This document shows positions 9,044-17,312 of a stretch of DNA of 32,000 nucleotides, piece after piece; position 1 is the first letter of the stretch, and each line of letters opens with the position of its first letter. The position numbers and the translations under genes were made by a program. Location: the NCBI RefSeq assembly GCF_016127575.1, contig NZ_CP066019.1:2520001-2552000 (forward strand), written 5' to 3'. Below the pieces are notes generated by a model that was not told the DNA's origin, made no database searches, and saw only the letters and a program-made list of their open reading frames with translations. Source of the DNA: Cupriavidus necator. Its GTDB lineage: Bacteria; Pseudomonadota; Gammaproteobacteria; Burkholderiales; Burkholderiaceae.

Positions 9044-9832
9044 ATGCCACGTCCTTCCTTGCTGGCGGCCACCCTGGCCGCCGTCCTCCTTGCCGGCTGC
9101 GCCGCCCCGCAGATGGCGCTGAAATCCACCCGCACCGGCGGCGACAGCTCGCCCCAGGTGCGCGCCGATATGGCCGGCAAGGCCGACCTGTCCAGCCTGA
9201 ACGTGGGCGATACCGTGGCCGTGTCCCCCGGCAACAGCAAGGTCGTGGTGGCCTCGACCCCGCTGGTCTACACCCTGTATGAAGATGGCATGGTGACCCA
9301 GGCCGAAGTCAAGCGGCAGCTGGCGGTCAACCGCAAGGACGTGCCCAGGATCGAATTCATCAAGGGCGAACTGCACCGCGGCGACTTCATCCGCCGCGAG
9401 ATCCTGCTGGACCTGCACAGCAAGGACCCCGACGAGTTCAACCGCACCATCCACTTCCTGGCCTTCAACCGCGGCGACAAGGCCTTCCGCGGCGACCTGA
9501 CGGTCTATGACCTGCTGCCCGCCGAGCTGGAACTGGTCAAGCTGGGCAGCGCCAACAAGTACACCGACCAGACCATGGTCAAGGGCGTACTGAGCGGGCT
9601 GCCGTTCCTGTCGCTGGTGACGCTGGCGATGGACAACTATTCGAAATCCGATGAGCAGGTGGCGATGCGGCACGAGCGGCTGGACCAGGTGCAGAAGTTC
9701 ACGTTCCAGCGGGTGGTGCTGGAGCCGGGCCAGGCGATCGGCTTCACCATGAACGTGCGCTACCAACTGCCCGGCGAACAGGAGCTGGCCGATCTGCGTG
9801 AAACCGCCGCGCCGCTGGCACAGCACCGCTGA
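9044..9832 (+). CDS. lipoprotein of unknown function
   Basis: Lies in ORF 9026..9832. The ATG at 9044 gives MPRPSLLAATLAAVLLAGC, a lipobox signal. The mature 240 aa are beta-rich and mixed-charge with normal codon composition. I recognise no family. Confidence 0.6.
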   Translation: MPRPSLLAATLAAVLLAGCAAPQMALKSTRTGGDSSPQVRADMAGKADLSSLNVGDTVAVSPGNSKVVVASTPLVYTLYEDGMVTQAEVKRQLAVNRKDVPRIEFIKGELHRGDFIRREILLDLHSKDPDEFNRTIHFLAFNRGDKAFRGDLTVYDLLPAELELVKLGSANKYTDQTMVKGVLSGLPFLSLVTLAMDNYSKSDEQVAMRHERLDQVQKFTFQRVVLEPGQAIGFTMNVRYQLPGEQELADLRETAAPLAQHR

Positions 9833-9840
9833 GGCCGGCA

Positions 9841-11226
9841 ATGCGGATCCGCAAGACTGCCCGGGGGATGCGGCGCACCGCCGCCGCACTGGCCGCGCTG
9901 GCGCTGGCCGCGCCCCTGCCGGGGGCGGCAGCCTGGTTCGACGGCGAAGAGAAGCGGCTGGCGGCCGAAGCCGACCGCTTCGTTGCCGACAAAGCCGCCG
10001 AACTCCAGCGCATCCTGCATACGCTGTACATGGAAGGCGAGTGGAATGCCGTGCTCAACTTGAACCTGCTGGGCCTGGCCGCGATCGAGGCCGGCCAGCC
10101 GCGCCTGGCCGGGCGCGCCTTCGACATGGCCGCGGCGCGCATCCTGCGCATCTATGCCGACGACCCCAACGCACAGCAAGCCAAGTCGCTGTGGTCCGCC
10201 GAAAGCGTCAAGGACTGGAAGGGCGAACCGTACGAACGGGCCATGACCTTCTACTACCGCGGCCTGCTCTATGCCAGCGCCGGCGACTACCAGAACGCCC
10301 GCGCAGCCTTCCTGCAGGCCGACATCCAGAACGCGTTCGGGCAATACGAGCGCTATGACGGTGATCAGGGCGGCTTTGCGCTGATGGCCTGGCTGGCGGC
10401 CTGGGCCTCGCAATGCGCCGGCGACAGCGCGCGCGCGGCTGAGCTGGCGGCGCGCGCGGCCAGGCACGCACCGGAGCCGTTCTACGCCCAGCCGCGCGGC
10501 ACGCTGCCGCGGCACCTGAGCGTGTTCGAGCTTGGCATCGGCCCGGAGAAAGTCACGCTGGGCGACACCAGGAGCATCCTCGGCTTCCTGCCGCAAGGCG
10601 CGGCAGGCAGCACGCCGCGCATCGCCTATGCATCGGCGGTGAAGCCGATGGCCTCAGGCACTGCCGCCGACCTCGACCGCGTCGCGCTGACCCGGGGCGG
10701 GCGGCCAATCCAGGGCATCCTGGATGGCAAAGCCGTCTTCAAGGAAAACACCGCGACCATTGCCGATGCCGCGGGAGCGCTGTCCTCGGGCCTGGTGAAT
10801 GCTGCGTTGTCGGGAGCCAACAGTGGCAATGCCGGCCTGGCGCAGGGACTGGGCGCAGCCGGGGCTGCCGGCTCGCTGATCAGCCTTGCCGCGGGGGCGA
10901 TGTCCAGGGCGGCCAATGCCGAGGCCGATACCCGCTACTGGGCATCGCTGCCCAAGATCGTCTACCTGCAAGGCCTGGCTGCGCCGCTGGCATCGCCGGC
11001 CGTGCAGTTCACCCCTGGCGGCGGCGGCAAGCCGCGCTCTGCCCTGCTGCAAAGCCGCCATGGCGAATGCTCGCTGGCCTGGGGCCGTGAATATTCCGCC
11101 TTCGATGCCGAGCATGGCGGCGTGGCCAATCCCTCGCCCTGGCCGGCCGAGCCGGTCGAGTCCGGGCGCGAGCGCGCCAACGCGGTCCTGCGCACCGAAC
11201 TGCTGGCCCTGCCGTTCGGCCAGTAG
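9841..11226 (+). CDS. secreted TPR-like protein (COG3014-like?)
   Basis: 461-aa ORF starting 8 nt after the previous gene. Sec-type signal: MRIRKTARGMRRTAAALAALALAAPLPGAAA. The helical-repeat N-terminal half (AGRAFDMAAARI...YERAMTFYYRGLLYASAGDYQNARAAFLQA) looks TPR-like. Confidence 0.6.
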   Translation: MRIRKTARGMRRTAAALAALALAAPLPGAAAWFDGEEKRLAAEADRFVADKAAELQRILHTLYMEGEWNAVLNLNLLGLAAIEAGQPRLAGRAFDMAAARILRIYADDPNAQQAKSLWSAESVKDWKGEPYERAMTFYYRGLLYASAGDYQNARAAFLQADIQNAFGQYERYDGDQGGFALMAWLAAWASQCAGDSARAAELAARAARHAPEPFYAQPRGTLPRHLSVFELGIGPEKVTLGDTRSILGFLPQGAAGSTPRIAYASAVKPMASGTAADLDRVALTRGGRPIQGILDGKAVFKENTATIADAAGALSSGLVNAALSGANSGNAGLAQGLGAAGAAGSLISLAAGAMSRAANAEADTRYWASLPKIVYLQGLAAPLASPAVQFTPGGGGKPRSALLQSRHGECSLAWGREYSAFDAEHGGVANPSPWPAEPVESGRERANAVLRTELLALPFGQ

Positions 11227-11231
11227 CACAG

Positions 11232-11245
11232 CCCCCGTTTGGGGG
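11232..11245 (+). terminator. possible weak intrinsic terminator after the lipoprotein operon
   Basis: CCCCC-GTTT-GGGGG hairpin 6 nt after the stop at 11226, followed by ATATTTCCCACTTTT. The stem is only 5 bp, so support is weak. Confidence 0.3.
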
Positions 11246-11313
11246 ATATTTCCCACTTTTCCCCGAAATTAGAGCGCTTTTGCCAGTTCTGTCGAATTTT
11301 GCAACCTGTACGC

Positions 11314-11319
11314 TACAAT
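11314..11319 (+). promoter_or_regulatory. candidate -10 box (TACAAT) for the OB-fold lipoprotein gene
   Basis: TACAAT lies 46 nt upstream of the ATG at 11366. GGAG is present at 11353-11356. I could not find a convincing -35 hexamer at 17-18 nt spacing. Confidence 0.25.
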
Positions 11320-11365
11320 GCCTCGTCGTCAGCCGACGGGGCTGGCGGATCTGGAGAAAAACAGA

Positions 11366-11986
11366 ATGAAGACGGGAAAACTGGTGGTAGGGCTGGCGCT
11401 GGCCGGGTTGCTGGCGGGATGTGAATCGATGGACGGCGCAATGTCCTCCATCAGCGGCGTGCTCGACGGCACCGGCGACGTGCTGAGCGGCGACTTCCGC
11501 ATGCTGGCGGATCCGAAGCCGGCTTCGCTGGGCGATATCTGGTCGGACTGGAAGAAGAACGAAATCACCGCGAAGAAGAAGTGGGATTCGCAGGCAATCC
11601 TGGTATCGGGTACGGTCTCCCGCATCACCAAGGTGGATGGCCTGGGCAAGTCGGACGACACCATCGCCGTCTACTTCAAGGACTCGGTCAATCCGCAGTG
11701 CACCGGCAAGGCGCTGATGCGCGACGCGCTGATGGTCAACCAGAAGAAGATCAGCAACCTGCAGACCGGGGACAAGGTCAACGTCACCGGCGTGCTGGCC
11801 ACGCGCGATTCGGAAATGGCCAACAGCAGCAATACCGAATGCTATTTCGCGTTCAGCAAGTCGAAGATCGAATCAGCGGCCAATACCACGGCAGCTGCCG
11901 GCAGCGCGGCCGCTCCCGCCAAGGCAGCCACGACCACCAAGTCGACCAAATCGACAAAGTCGACCAAGACCAGCAGCACGAAGTAA
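11366..11986 (+). CDS. lipoprotein with OB-fold (tRNA_anti-like) domain and Ala/Thr/Lys/Ser-rich tail
   Basis: Lies in ORF 11318..11986. The ATG at 11366 follows GGAG and gives MKTGKLVVGLALAGLLAGC, a lipobox signal. The core (EITAKKKWDSQAILVSGTVSRITK...IAVYF...GDKVNVTGVL) resembles the OB-fold 'tRNA_anti-like' lipoproteins. The C-terminus is TTKSTKSTKSTKTSSTK. Confidence 0.65.
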   Translation: MKTGKLVVGLALAGLLAGCESMDGAMSSISGVLDGTGDVLSGDFRMLADPKPASLGDIWSDWKKNEITAKKKWDSQAILVSGTVSRITKVDGLGKSDDTIAVYFKDSVNPQCTGKALMRDALMVNQKKISNLQTGDKVNVTGVLATRDSEMANSSNTECYFAFSKSKIESAANTTAAAGSAAAPAKAATTTKSTKSTKSTKTSSTK

Positions 11987-12284
11987 ACCAGCCAAAGGCG
12001 GCGACGGGCGGCAGTATGGCCGCCTCGCCCCAGGCTGCGCGTCTGGCGTCCCTGCCTCGCACCATGTGGATCCTGCGGCACGGCACGCCCGTCCGGCCCT
12101 GCATCCCTTACAAGCTCTGAAACCGTTGCACGGTAGCGCACGCCAAAGTGCCGCAAATCCCCGTCCGCGGGGCACCCCCCTCCACACGGTACGAATCTTG
12201 CCCCTTCCTGATTACCCGCCAGCGGTTCGCGCACGGCATGTGCGCCCGCACATGGCGCCACACGCACACTGTCAGGAAAACAGC

Positions 12285-13220
12285 ATGGGCTACTACTACG
12301 ATGAGCGCAATGCGCGCAACGCGCGCCAACGCCGCCAGGCATGGCAGGACGATGACTGGCAACCTGAATCCGAACAGGAGCGCTGGCAAGCGCGGCGTCG
12401 GCGCCAGCAAATGGCCCCGGGCCAAACCAGCTACGGCGGCCCCGCCCGCCCGGACCGGGATTTCAACGAAGCGTACGGCGCCCGCAGGTACCCGGCACAC
12501 CCGTCCGGCGAGCGTTACGGCAGCAACCTGCGCTACGGCCTGAACGGCGGCTATGGCTGGGAGCGTGCCAGCGAATGGCGCGACCCGCAGGCGTGGCAAC
12601 GCGACGACGACAACGCCGAGCGCCAGTGGCGCCGCAGCGCCGAACGCGCACGGGATCCGCGTGAATCGCCGCGCACGCGCGGCCATGACACCCACTTCGG
12701 CGACCTGCGCAGTGACACCCGCTACTGGGTCGACCCGCACGAGGACTGGGAAGAGAAGCAGCGCTATGAAATCCGGCGCCACAGCCCGGGCTACCGGGAA
12801 TATGCGCAGCGCCGCGGCTGGGAAACCGACAGCCCCGATGACGAGCGCGAAGGCTCGCATGGCGTGCTCTACAACCTGGGCCGCCGCATCGGCGAAGCCG
12901 TGGGCGACTGGTTCGGCAGCTCCGAACGCCGCACCGGCCCGCGCGGCTACCAGCGCAGCGACGAGCGCATCCGCGACCAGATCTGCGAGCAGCTCAGCTA
13001 CGCTCGCGGCGTTGACGTCAGCGACGTCAGCGTCGACGTCAGCGAAGGCGTGGTGTCATTGACCGGCACCGTGCGCGACCGCGGCCAGAAGTTCTATATC
13101 GAAGACCTGGCCGACGGCACCTACGGCGTCAAGGAAGTCAACAACGACATCCGCGTGCGCCGCGAGGCCCCCGAAGCCCGCAGCACCAGCGATGTGACCG
13201 GCAGCACCTGGCGCGGATAA
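12285..13220 (+). CDS. BON-domain protein with long disordered charged N-terminus (SWFGD/BON type)
   Basis: Lies in ORF 12066..13220. The ATG at 12285 follows AGGA. The C-terminal part, GDWFGSSERRTGPRGYQRSDERIRDQICEQLS...VDVSEGVVSLTGTVRDRGQKFYIEDLADGTYGVKEVNNDIRV, is a clear BON domain preceded by the WFG motif. Confidence 0.8.
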   Translation: MGYYYDERNARNARQRRQAWQDDDWQPESEQERWQARRRRQQMAPGQTSYGGPARPDRDFNEAYGARRYPAHPSGERYGSNLRYGLNGGYGWERASEWRDPQAWQRDDDNAERQWRRSAERARDPRESPRTRGHDTHFGDLRSDTRYWVDPHEDWEEKQRYEIRRHSPGYREYAQRRGWETDSPDDEREGSHGVLYNLGRRIGEAVGDWFGSSERRTGPRGYQRSDERIRDQICEQLSYARGVDVSDVSVDVSEGVVSLTGTVRDRGQKFYIEDLADGTYGVKEVNNDIRVRREAPEARSTSDVTGSTWRG

Positions 13221-13256
13221 CGCCAACGGTGGCGGGCGCCCCAGGCCGAGATCGGC

Positions 13257-14183
13257 CTAGGCGCCCGCCACGCCAACCTCCGCCGCCAGCCGTTCGCGGA
13301 TAAACCCCAGGAACGCACGCACACCCTCAGGCAATGTGCGGCCGGCCAGCGTCTGCAGTTCGACCGCGCGGCTGCGCATGCCGCGCTCCCGGATCGAGGC
13401 GGCGTGCAGTTCACCGCGGCGCAACCTGTCGCCCACGGTGACGGCGCCGGAGATCGACAGCCCGCCACCGTGCAGCACGAAGCTGGTCAGGGTCTCGAAG
13501 TGGTTGGTCACCAGCACCGGCTCGAACACCACCCCGCGTTCGCCGCAAGCGATGTCGAACAGCTGGCGCACGGTGTTGTCGCCCTCCGGCAGCGCCAGGG
13601 GATAAGGCTGCATCTGCGCCAGCGTGACGCTGCGAAAGCGCGCCAGCGGATGGTCCGGCCGCATGATGGCGATCACCGGCGCGGGCTGCCGGTGCTCCAC
13701 GCGGATGCCCTGCTCCGCGGCGCGGCTGTAGGTGATGCCGATGTCCGCATCGCCATGCAGCACGATGCCGGTGACCTCGGCCGGCGACGCCACGCGCACA
13801 TGGAACTGCAGGCCCGGATAGCGCTGGCGGAATTCGGCAATGATGCGCGGCAGGAACTCGATCGCAAACCCCGCCGAGCTGGCCACCCGCACCCGGCCCC
13901 GGCGCAGGCCCTGCAGCGCGGCAATCTCTGACACCACCCGATCGGCTTCCAGCGCGCCGCGCAGCGCATAAGCTGCCAGCAACTCCCCGGCGGCACTCGC
14001 CACCATACCACGCGGCCGGCGGTCGAACAGCGGCACGCCGAGCAACGCTTCGAGCGCGCCGACCTGGCGGCTCACGGCCGACACGGTGACATTCAGCCGC
14101 TGCGCCGCCTCGGTCAGCGAGCCGCTGCGTATCACCTCCAGGAAATAGCGCAGCGAGGTTTCCTGCAGGCGATGCGACAGCAT
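13257..14183 (-). CDS. LysR-family transcriptional regulator
   Basis: 308-aa ORF. wHTH: LRYFLEVIRSGSLTEAAQRLNVTVSAVSRQVGALEALLGVPLFDRRPRG. It is divergent from the amidase gene. Confidence 0.9.
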   Translation of the reverse strand: MLSHRLQETSLRYFLEVIRSGSLTEAAQRLNVTVSAVSRQVGALEALLGVPLFDRRPRGMVASAAGELLAAYALRGALEADRVVSEIAALQGLRRGRVRVASSAGFAIEFLPRIIAEFRQRYPGLQFHVRVASPAEVTGIVLHGDADIGITYSRAAEQGIRVEHRQPAPVIAIMRPDHPLARFRSVTLAQMQPYPLALPEGDNTVRQLFDIACGERGVVFEPVLVTNHFETLTSFVLHGGGLSISGAVTVGDRLRRGELHAASIRERGMRSRAVELQTLAGRTLPEGVRAFLGFIRERLAAEVGVAGA

Positions 14184-14203
14184 GGGCGGCTCCGGGGGCT
14201 GGT

Positions 14204-14218
14204 TTGCGTTTTACGCAA
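14204..14218. promoter_or_regulatory. candidate LysR box (T-N11-A inside a perfect palindrome)
   Basis: TTGCGT-TTT-ACGCAA is a 6-bp perfect inverted repeat in the 118-bp divergent LysR/amidase intergenic region. It contains T-GCGTTTTACGC-A. Confidence 0.4.
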
Positions 14219-14301
14219 GGATATTTGAAAAAATCATCGATTGCGGGAAACCGTGCGCCGCCCGTATGCTTTTTCCCGACACCACAGGAGACCCCCGAGC
14301 C

Positions 14302-15756
14302 ATGGCGCCCACCCGGACCCCCGATCCCATCACCGAACTCGATGCCGTCGCCCTGTCGCGCGCCATCCATGCGCGCGAGGTCTCGTGCGTGGAAGTGCTC
14401 GATGCCTTCCTTGGCCAGATCGACCGCCACAACCCGCGCGTCAATGCCATCGTGGCTCCGGTGGAGCGCGACACCCTGCGCGCGCAGGCCGCCGGGCTCG
14501 ACGCCGAACTGGCACGCGGCGCCAGCCGCGGCCCGCTGCACGGCTTCCCGCAGGCGCCCAAGGACATCAGCCCGGCCGCGGGCATGGTCACCACCAAGGG
14601 CTCGCCGATCTTCGCCGGGCAGGTCAGCGAGTACGACGCCGTGATCTTCGAGCGCATGCGCGCCGGCGGCGCGGTCTTCGTCGGGCGCACCAACTCGCCG
14701 GAGTTCGGCCTGGGCGGCCATACCTACAACCCGGTCTACGGCACCACCCGCAACGCCTTCGACCCGGCGCGTTCCGCCGGCGGCAGCAGCGGCGGCGCCG
14801 CGGTGGCCGTGGCGCTGCACATGCTGCCGGTGGCGGATGGCTCTGACATGATGGGGTCGCTGCGCACGCCCGCGGCGTTCAACCACGTGTATGGCCTGCG
14901 CACCTCGGTCGGCTGCGTGCCGCACGGCCCGGGCGATGAGGTCTTCTTCCAGCAGTTCAGCGTGGCCGGCCCGATGGCGCGCAACGTGCCGGACCTGGCC
15001 CTGCTGCTGTCGGTGCAGGCCGGCTTCGACGCGCGTCTGCCGCTGACGCACCGCGCCGAAGCGCCCGGCACCTTCACGCTGCCGCCCGAACGCGACTGGG
15101 CCGGCGTGCGCATCGGCTGGCTGGGCAACCTGGGCGGCCACCTGCCGACCGAAGCCGGCGTGCTAGATACTTGCGAGCAGGCACTCACGCACCTGCGCAC
15201 GCTCGGCTGCACCGTGGACACCGCGCTGCCCGAGTTCGACCTGGAGCGACTGTGGCACGCGTGGATCGACCTGCGCAGCTTCTCGGTGGCTGGCGCCAAC
15301 GCGGCGCTGTACCACGACCCGGCCAGGCGCGCGCTGCTCAAGCCCGAGGCCGCATGGGAGATCGAGCGCGGCCTGGCCCTGCCGGGCACGCGCGTGTACG
15401 AAGCCCTGTGCGAGCGCAGCGCCTGGTACCAGGCACTGCGCTCGCTGTTCGAGCGCTTCGACTACCTGGTGCTGCCGGCCGCGCAGGTGTTTCCGTTCGA
15501 TGCCGACTGGGACTGGCCGCACACCATCGACGGCCGCGACATGGACACCTACCACCGCTGGATGCAGGTCGTGGTGCCGGCCACCATGGCCGGGCTGCCC
15601 GCCCTGGCCGCACCCGCCGGCTTCGGCCCCCAGGGCCTGCCGGCCGGCATCCAGATCATCGGCCCCGCGCAGGCCGACGCCGCCGTGCTGCAGCTCGGCC
15701 ATGCCTATGACCAGGCCGGCGGCTTCTCGCGCGTGCGCAGCCCCTGGCTCGATTGA
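14302..15756 (+). CDS. amidase (amidase-signature family)
   Basis: Lies in ORF 14182..15756. The ATG at 14302 follows AGGAG. AS-family motifs are present: FPQAPKDI, GRTNSPEFG, the GGSSGGAAVAVA Gly/Ser-rich signature, and GSDMMGSLRTPAAFN. Confidence 0.9.
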   Translation: MAPTRTPDPITELDAVALSRAIHAREVSCVEVLDAFLGQIDRHNPRVNAIVAPVERDTLRAQAAGLDAELARGASRGPLHGFPQAPKDISPAAGMVTTKGSPIFAGQVSEYDAVIFERMRAGGAVFVGRTNSPEFGLGGHTYNPVYGTTRNAFDPARSAGGSSGGAAVAVALHMLPVADGSDMMGSLRTPAAFNHVYGLRTSVGCVPHGPGDEVFFQQFSVAGPMARNVPDLALLLSVQAGFDARLPLTHRAEAPGTFTLPPERDWAGVRIGWLGNLGGHLPTEAGVLDTCEQALTHLRTLGCTVDTALPEFDLERLWHAWIDLRSFSVAGANAALYHDPARRALLKPEAAWEIERGLALPGTRVYEALCERSAWYQALRSLFERFDYLVLPAAQVFPFDADWDWPHTIDGRDMDTYHRWMQVVVPATMAGLPALAAPAGFGPQGLPAGIQIIGPAQADAAVLQLGHAYDQAGGFSRVRSPWLD

Positions 15757-15836
15757 GCCTTCGGCTGGTCCCGGCCCCGCTTCATATTGCTTCCGATTGC
15801 CTTCTATTCCTACAACTGCCGGCAGGAGTGCCAACG

Positions 15837-16826
15837 ATGACCGCAATGCCCCCGAAGCCGTTTCTCGCCTGCGCCGCCGCCCTGACCGCGGTGCTGTCCG
15901 CAACGCCCGCCGCCGCGCAGGCCCAATCCTGGCCGGACCGACCGATCCGGCTGGTGGTGCCCTTCGCCGCGGGCGGCGCCACTGACGTGCTGGGCCGCCT
16001 GCTGGCAGTCGGCCTCGGCGAAAAGCTCGGCCAGTCGGTAGTGGTCGAGAACAAGCCCGGCGCCAGCACCGTGATCGGCGCCACCCAGGTATCCAAGGCC
16101 GCGCCCGACGGCTACACGCTGCTGCTGGCGGCCAGCACCACGCTGACGCTGAACCCGGCCATCCGCCAACACCTGGGCTACGACCCCATCAAGAGCTTCA
16201 CCCCGCTGGGCCTGGTCGCCGACATGAGCCTGGTGCTGGTAGCCAACCCGGACACGCAGATCACCACGCTCAAGGATCTGGTGACGCAGGCCAAGGCGCA
16301 CCCCGACAAGTTCTCCTACGGCTCGTTCGGCGCCGGCTCCTCGGTGCATTTCGGCGCGGAGATGCTCAAGTCCGCCACCGGCATCCGCATGGTCCACGTG
16401 CCCTTCAACGGCAGCGCCCCCAGCCTGACCGCGCTGGCCGGCGGCCAGGTGCCGATCGCGGTCGATACCGTGGTGGCCACCCTGCCGCTGATCAAGGGTG
16501 GCAAGATCCGGCCAGTGGCAGTGCTGTCGCCGCAGCGACTGCCAGCGCTGCCGCAAGTACCGACCGTCGCGGAGAGCGGCTATCCCGGCTTCCAGATGGG
16601 CACGTGGTTCGCGCTGCTGGCACCCGCGGGCCTGCCCGCGCCGGTGCAGCAGAAGCTGGAGAAGGCGCTGGCCGAGGTCGCCAATGCACCCGCCACCAAG
16701 GCACGCATGGTCGAGCTGGCGCTGACGCCGGCCTACGGCAATGGCGCGGCGGTGAAGGCGCGGGTGGAGAAGGAATTGCCTGAGATGCGGGCGGTGGCGG
16801 CGCGGGCGGATATTCGGGCGGAGTAA
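15837..16826 (+). CDS. Bug-family (TctC-like) tripartite tricarboxylate transporter substrate-binding protein
   Basis: Lies in ORF 15753..16826. The ATG at 15837 gives a signal peptide ending AAAQAQS. It is followed by the typical Bug N-terminus WPDRPIRLVVPFAAGGATDVLGRLLA, and later VENKPGASTVIGA, YGSFGAGSSVHF and VPFNGSAP. Confidence 0.9.
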   Translation: MTAMPPKPFLACAAALTAVLSATPAAAQAQSWPDRPIRLVVPFAAGGATDVLGRLLAVGLGEKLGQSVVVENKPGASTVIGATQVSKAAPDGYTLLLAASTTLTLNPAIRQHLGYDPIKSFTPLGLVADMSLVLVANPDTQITTLKDLVTQAKAHPDKFSYGSFGAGSSVHFGAEMLKSATGIRMVHVPFNGSAPSLTALAGGQVPIAVDTVVATLPLIKGGKIRPVAVLSPQRLPALPQVPTVAESGYPGFQMGTWFALLAPAGLPAPVQQKLEKALAEVANAPATKARMVELALTPAYGNGAAVKARVEKELPEMRAVAARADIRAE

Positions 16827-16833
16827 CGAGATG

Positions 16834-16853
16834 GCGGGCCGGCCCCGGCCCGC
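16834..16853. terminator. GC-rich hairpin between convergent genes
   Basis: GCGGGCCGG-CC-CCGGCCCGC is a 9-nt perfect inverted repeat (effectively ~7 bp of stem with a 4-6 nt loop). It sits in the 33-nt gap between the Bug gene stop (16826) and the acyltransferase stop (16860). There is no U-tract on either side. Confidence 0.35.
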
Positions 16854-16859
16854 TGTGGC

Positions 16860-17312
16860 TTACTCCAGCACGCGCATCGTCCGCTCGCCGTCCGGTGCCA
16901 ACTGATGCAGCACTTTGCCCTTGAAAACGGTGGCCTTCAGATCGTCCAGCACGTCCTTGGCGCCACCATAAGGGGCGAACACGTCGATCAGGAACGCCTT
17001 GTCGCCCGACTTCCAATCCCCGGGCGCCAATTGGTACGGCGGCATGGCAAACCGCTCGACCACAGCGTCGGAGAGGTAGGCCCAGGTCACGAAGGCTGTG
17101 GGCATTTCACCCCGCATGTACAGCTTGGCCTGCTCCAGGATCAGCGGCGGCATCACGCGCCACTCCAGGTCAGCGAAGAAGCTGTGGCGCGTCGTTGGAT
17201 TGTTCATCATCAGCCAAGACACCGGGCCCAGCAGCGGGATCTTCTTGATCACGCGCTGCGCTTGCTCGGCAGCAAACTTCATCAGCTGTTCGTTGTCGGT
17301 CGGAATAGTCAT
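16860..17312 (-). CDS. RTX toxin-activating lysine acyltransferase (HlyC/CyaC/RtxC family)
   Basis: 150-aa ORF. It aligns by eye with E. coli HlyC. LGPVSWLMMNNPTTRHSF matches LGHVSWLWASSPLHRNW. MPTAFVTWAYLSD matches YPVAYCSWANLSL. GDWKSGDKAFLIDVFAPYGG matches [20 protein letters not shown]. The His and Asp that are catalytic in HlyC appear to be present. Its start overlaps the TolC stop (ATGA). Confidence 0.9.
   Translation of the reverse strand: MTIPTDNEQLMKFAAEQAQRVIKKIPLLGPVSWLMMNNPTTRHSFFADLEWRVMPPLILEQAKLYMRGEMPTAFVTWAYLSDAVVERFAMPPYQLAPGDWKSGDKAFLIDVFAPYGGAKDVLDDLKATVFKGKVLHQLAPDGERTMRVLE

Noticed and set aside
13411-15141. 576-aa minus-strand ORF
   Set aside because: It overlaps both the LysR gene (in a different frame) and the amidase gene (antisense). 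It is Arg/Gly/Ala-rich with no recognisable domain, so I treat it as a high-GC shadow ORF. The same reasoning applies to ORFs 3746..4660, 4731..6020, 8936..9889, 9760..10596, 10654..11256, 12108..12860, 15163..15903 and 15810..16556.
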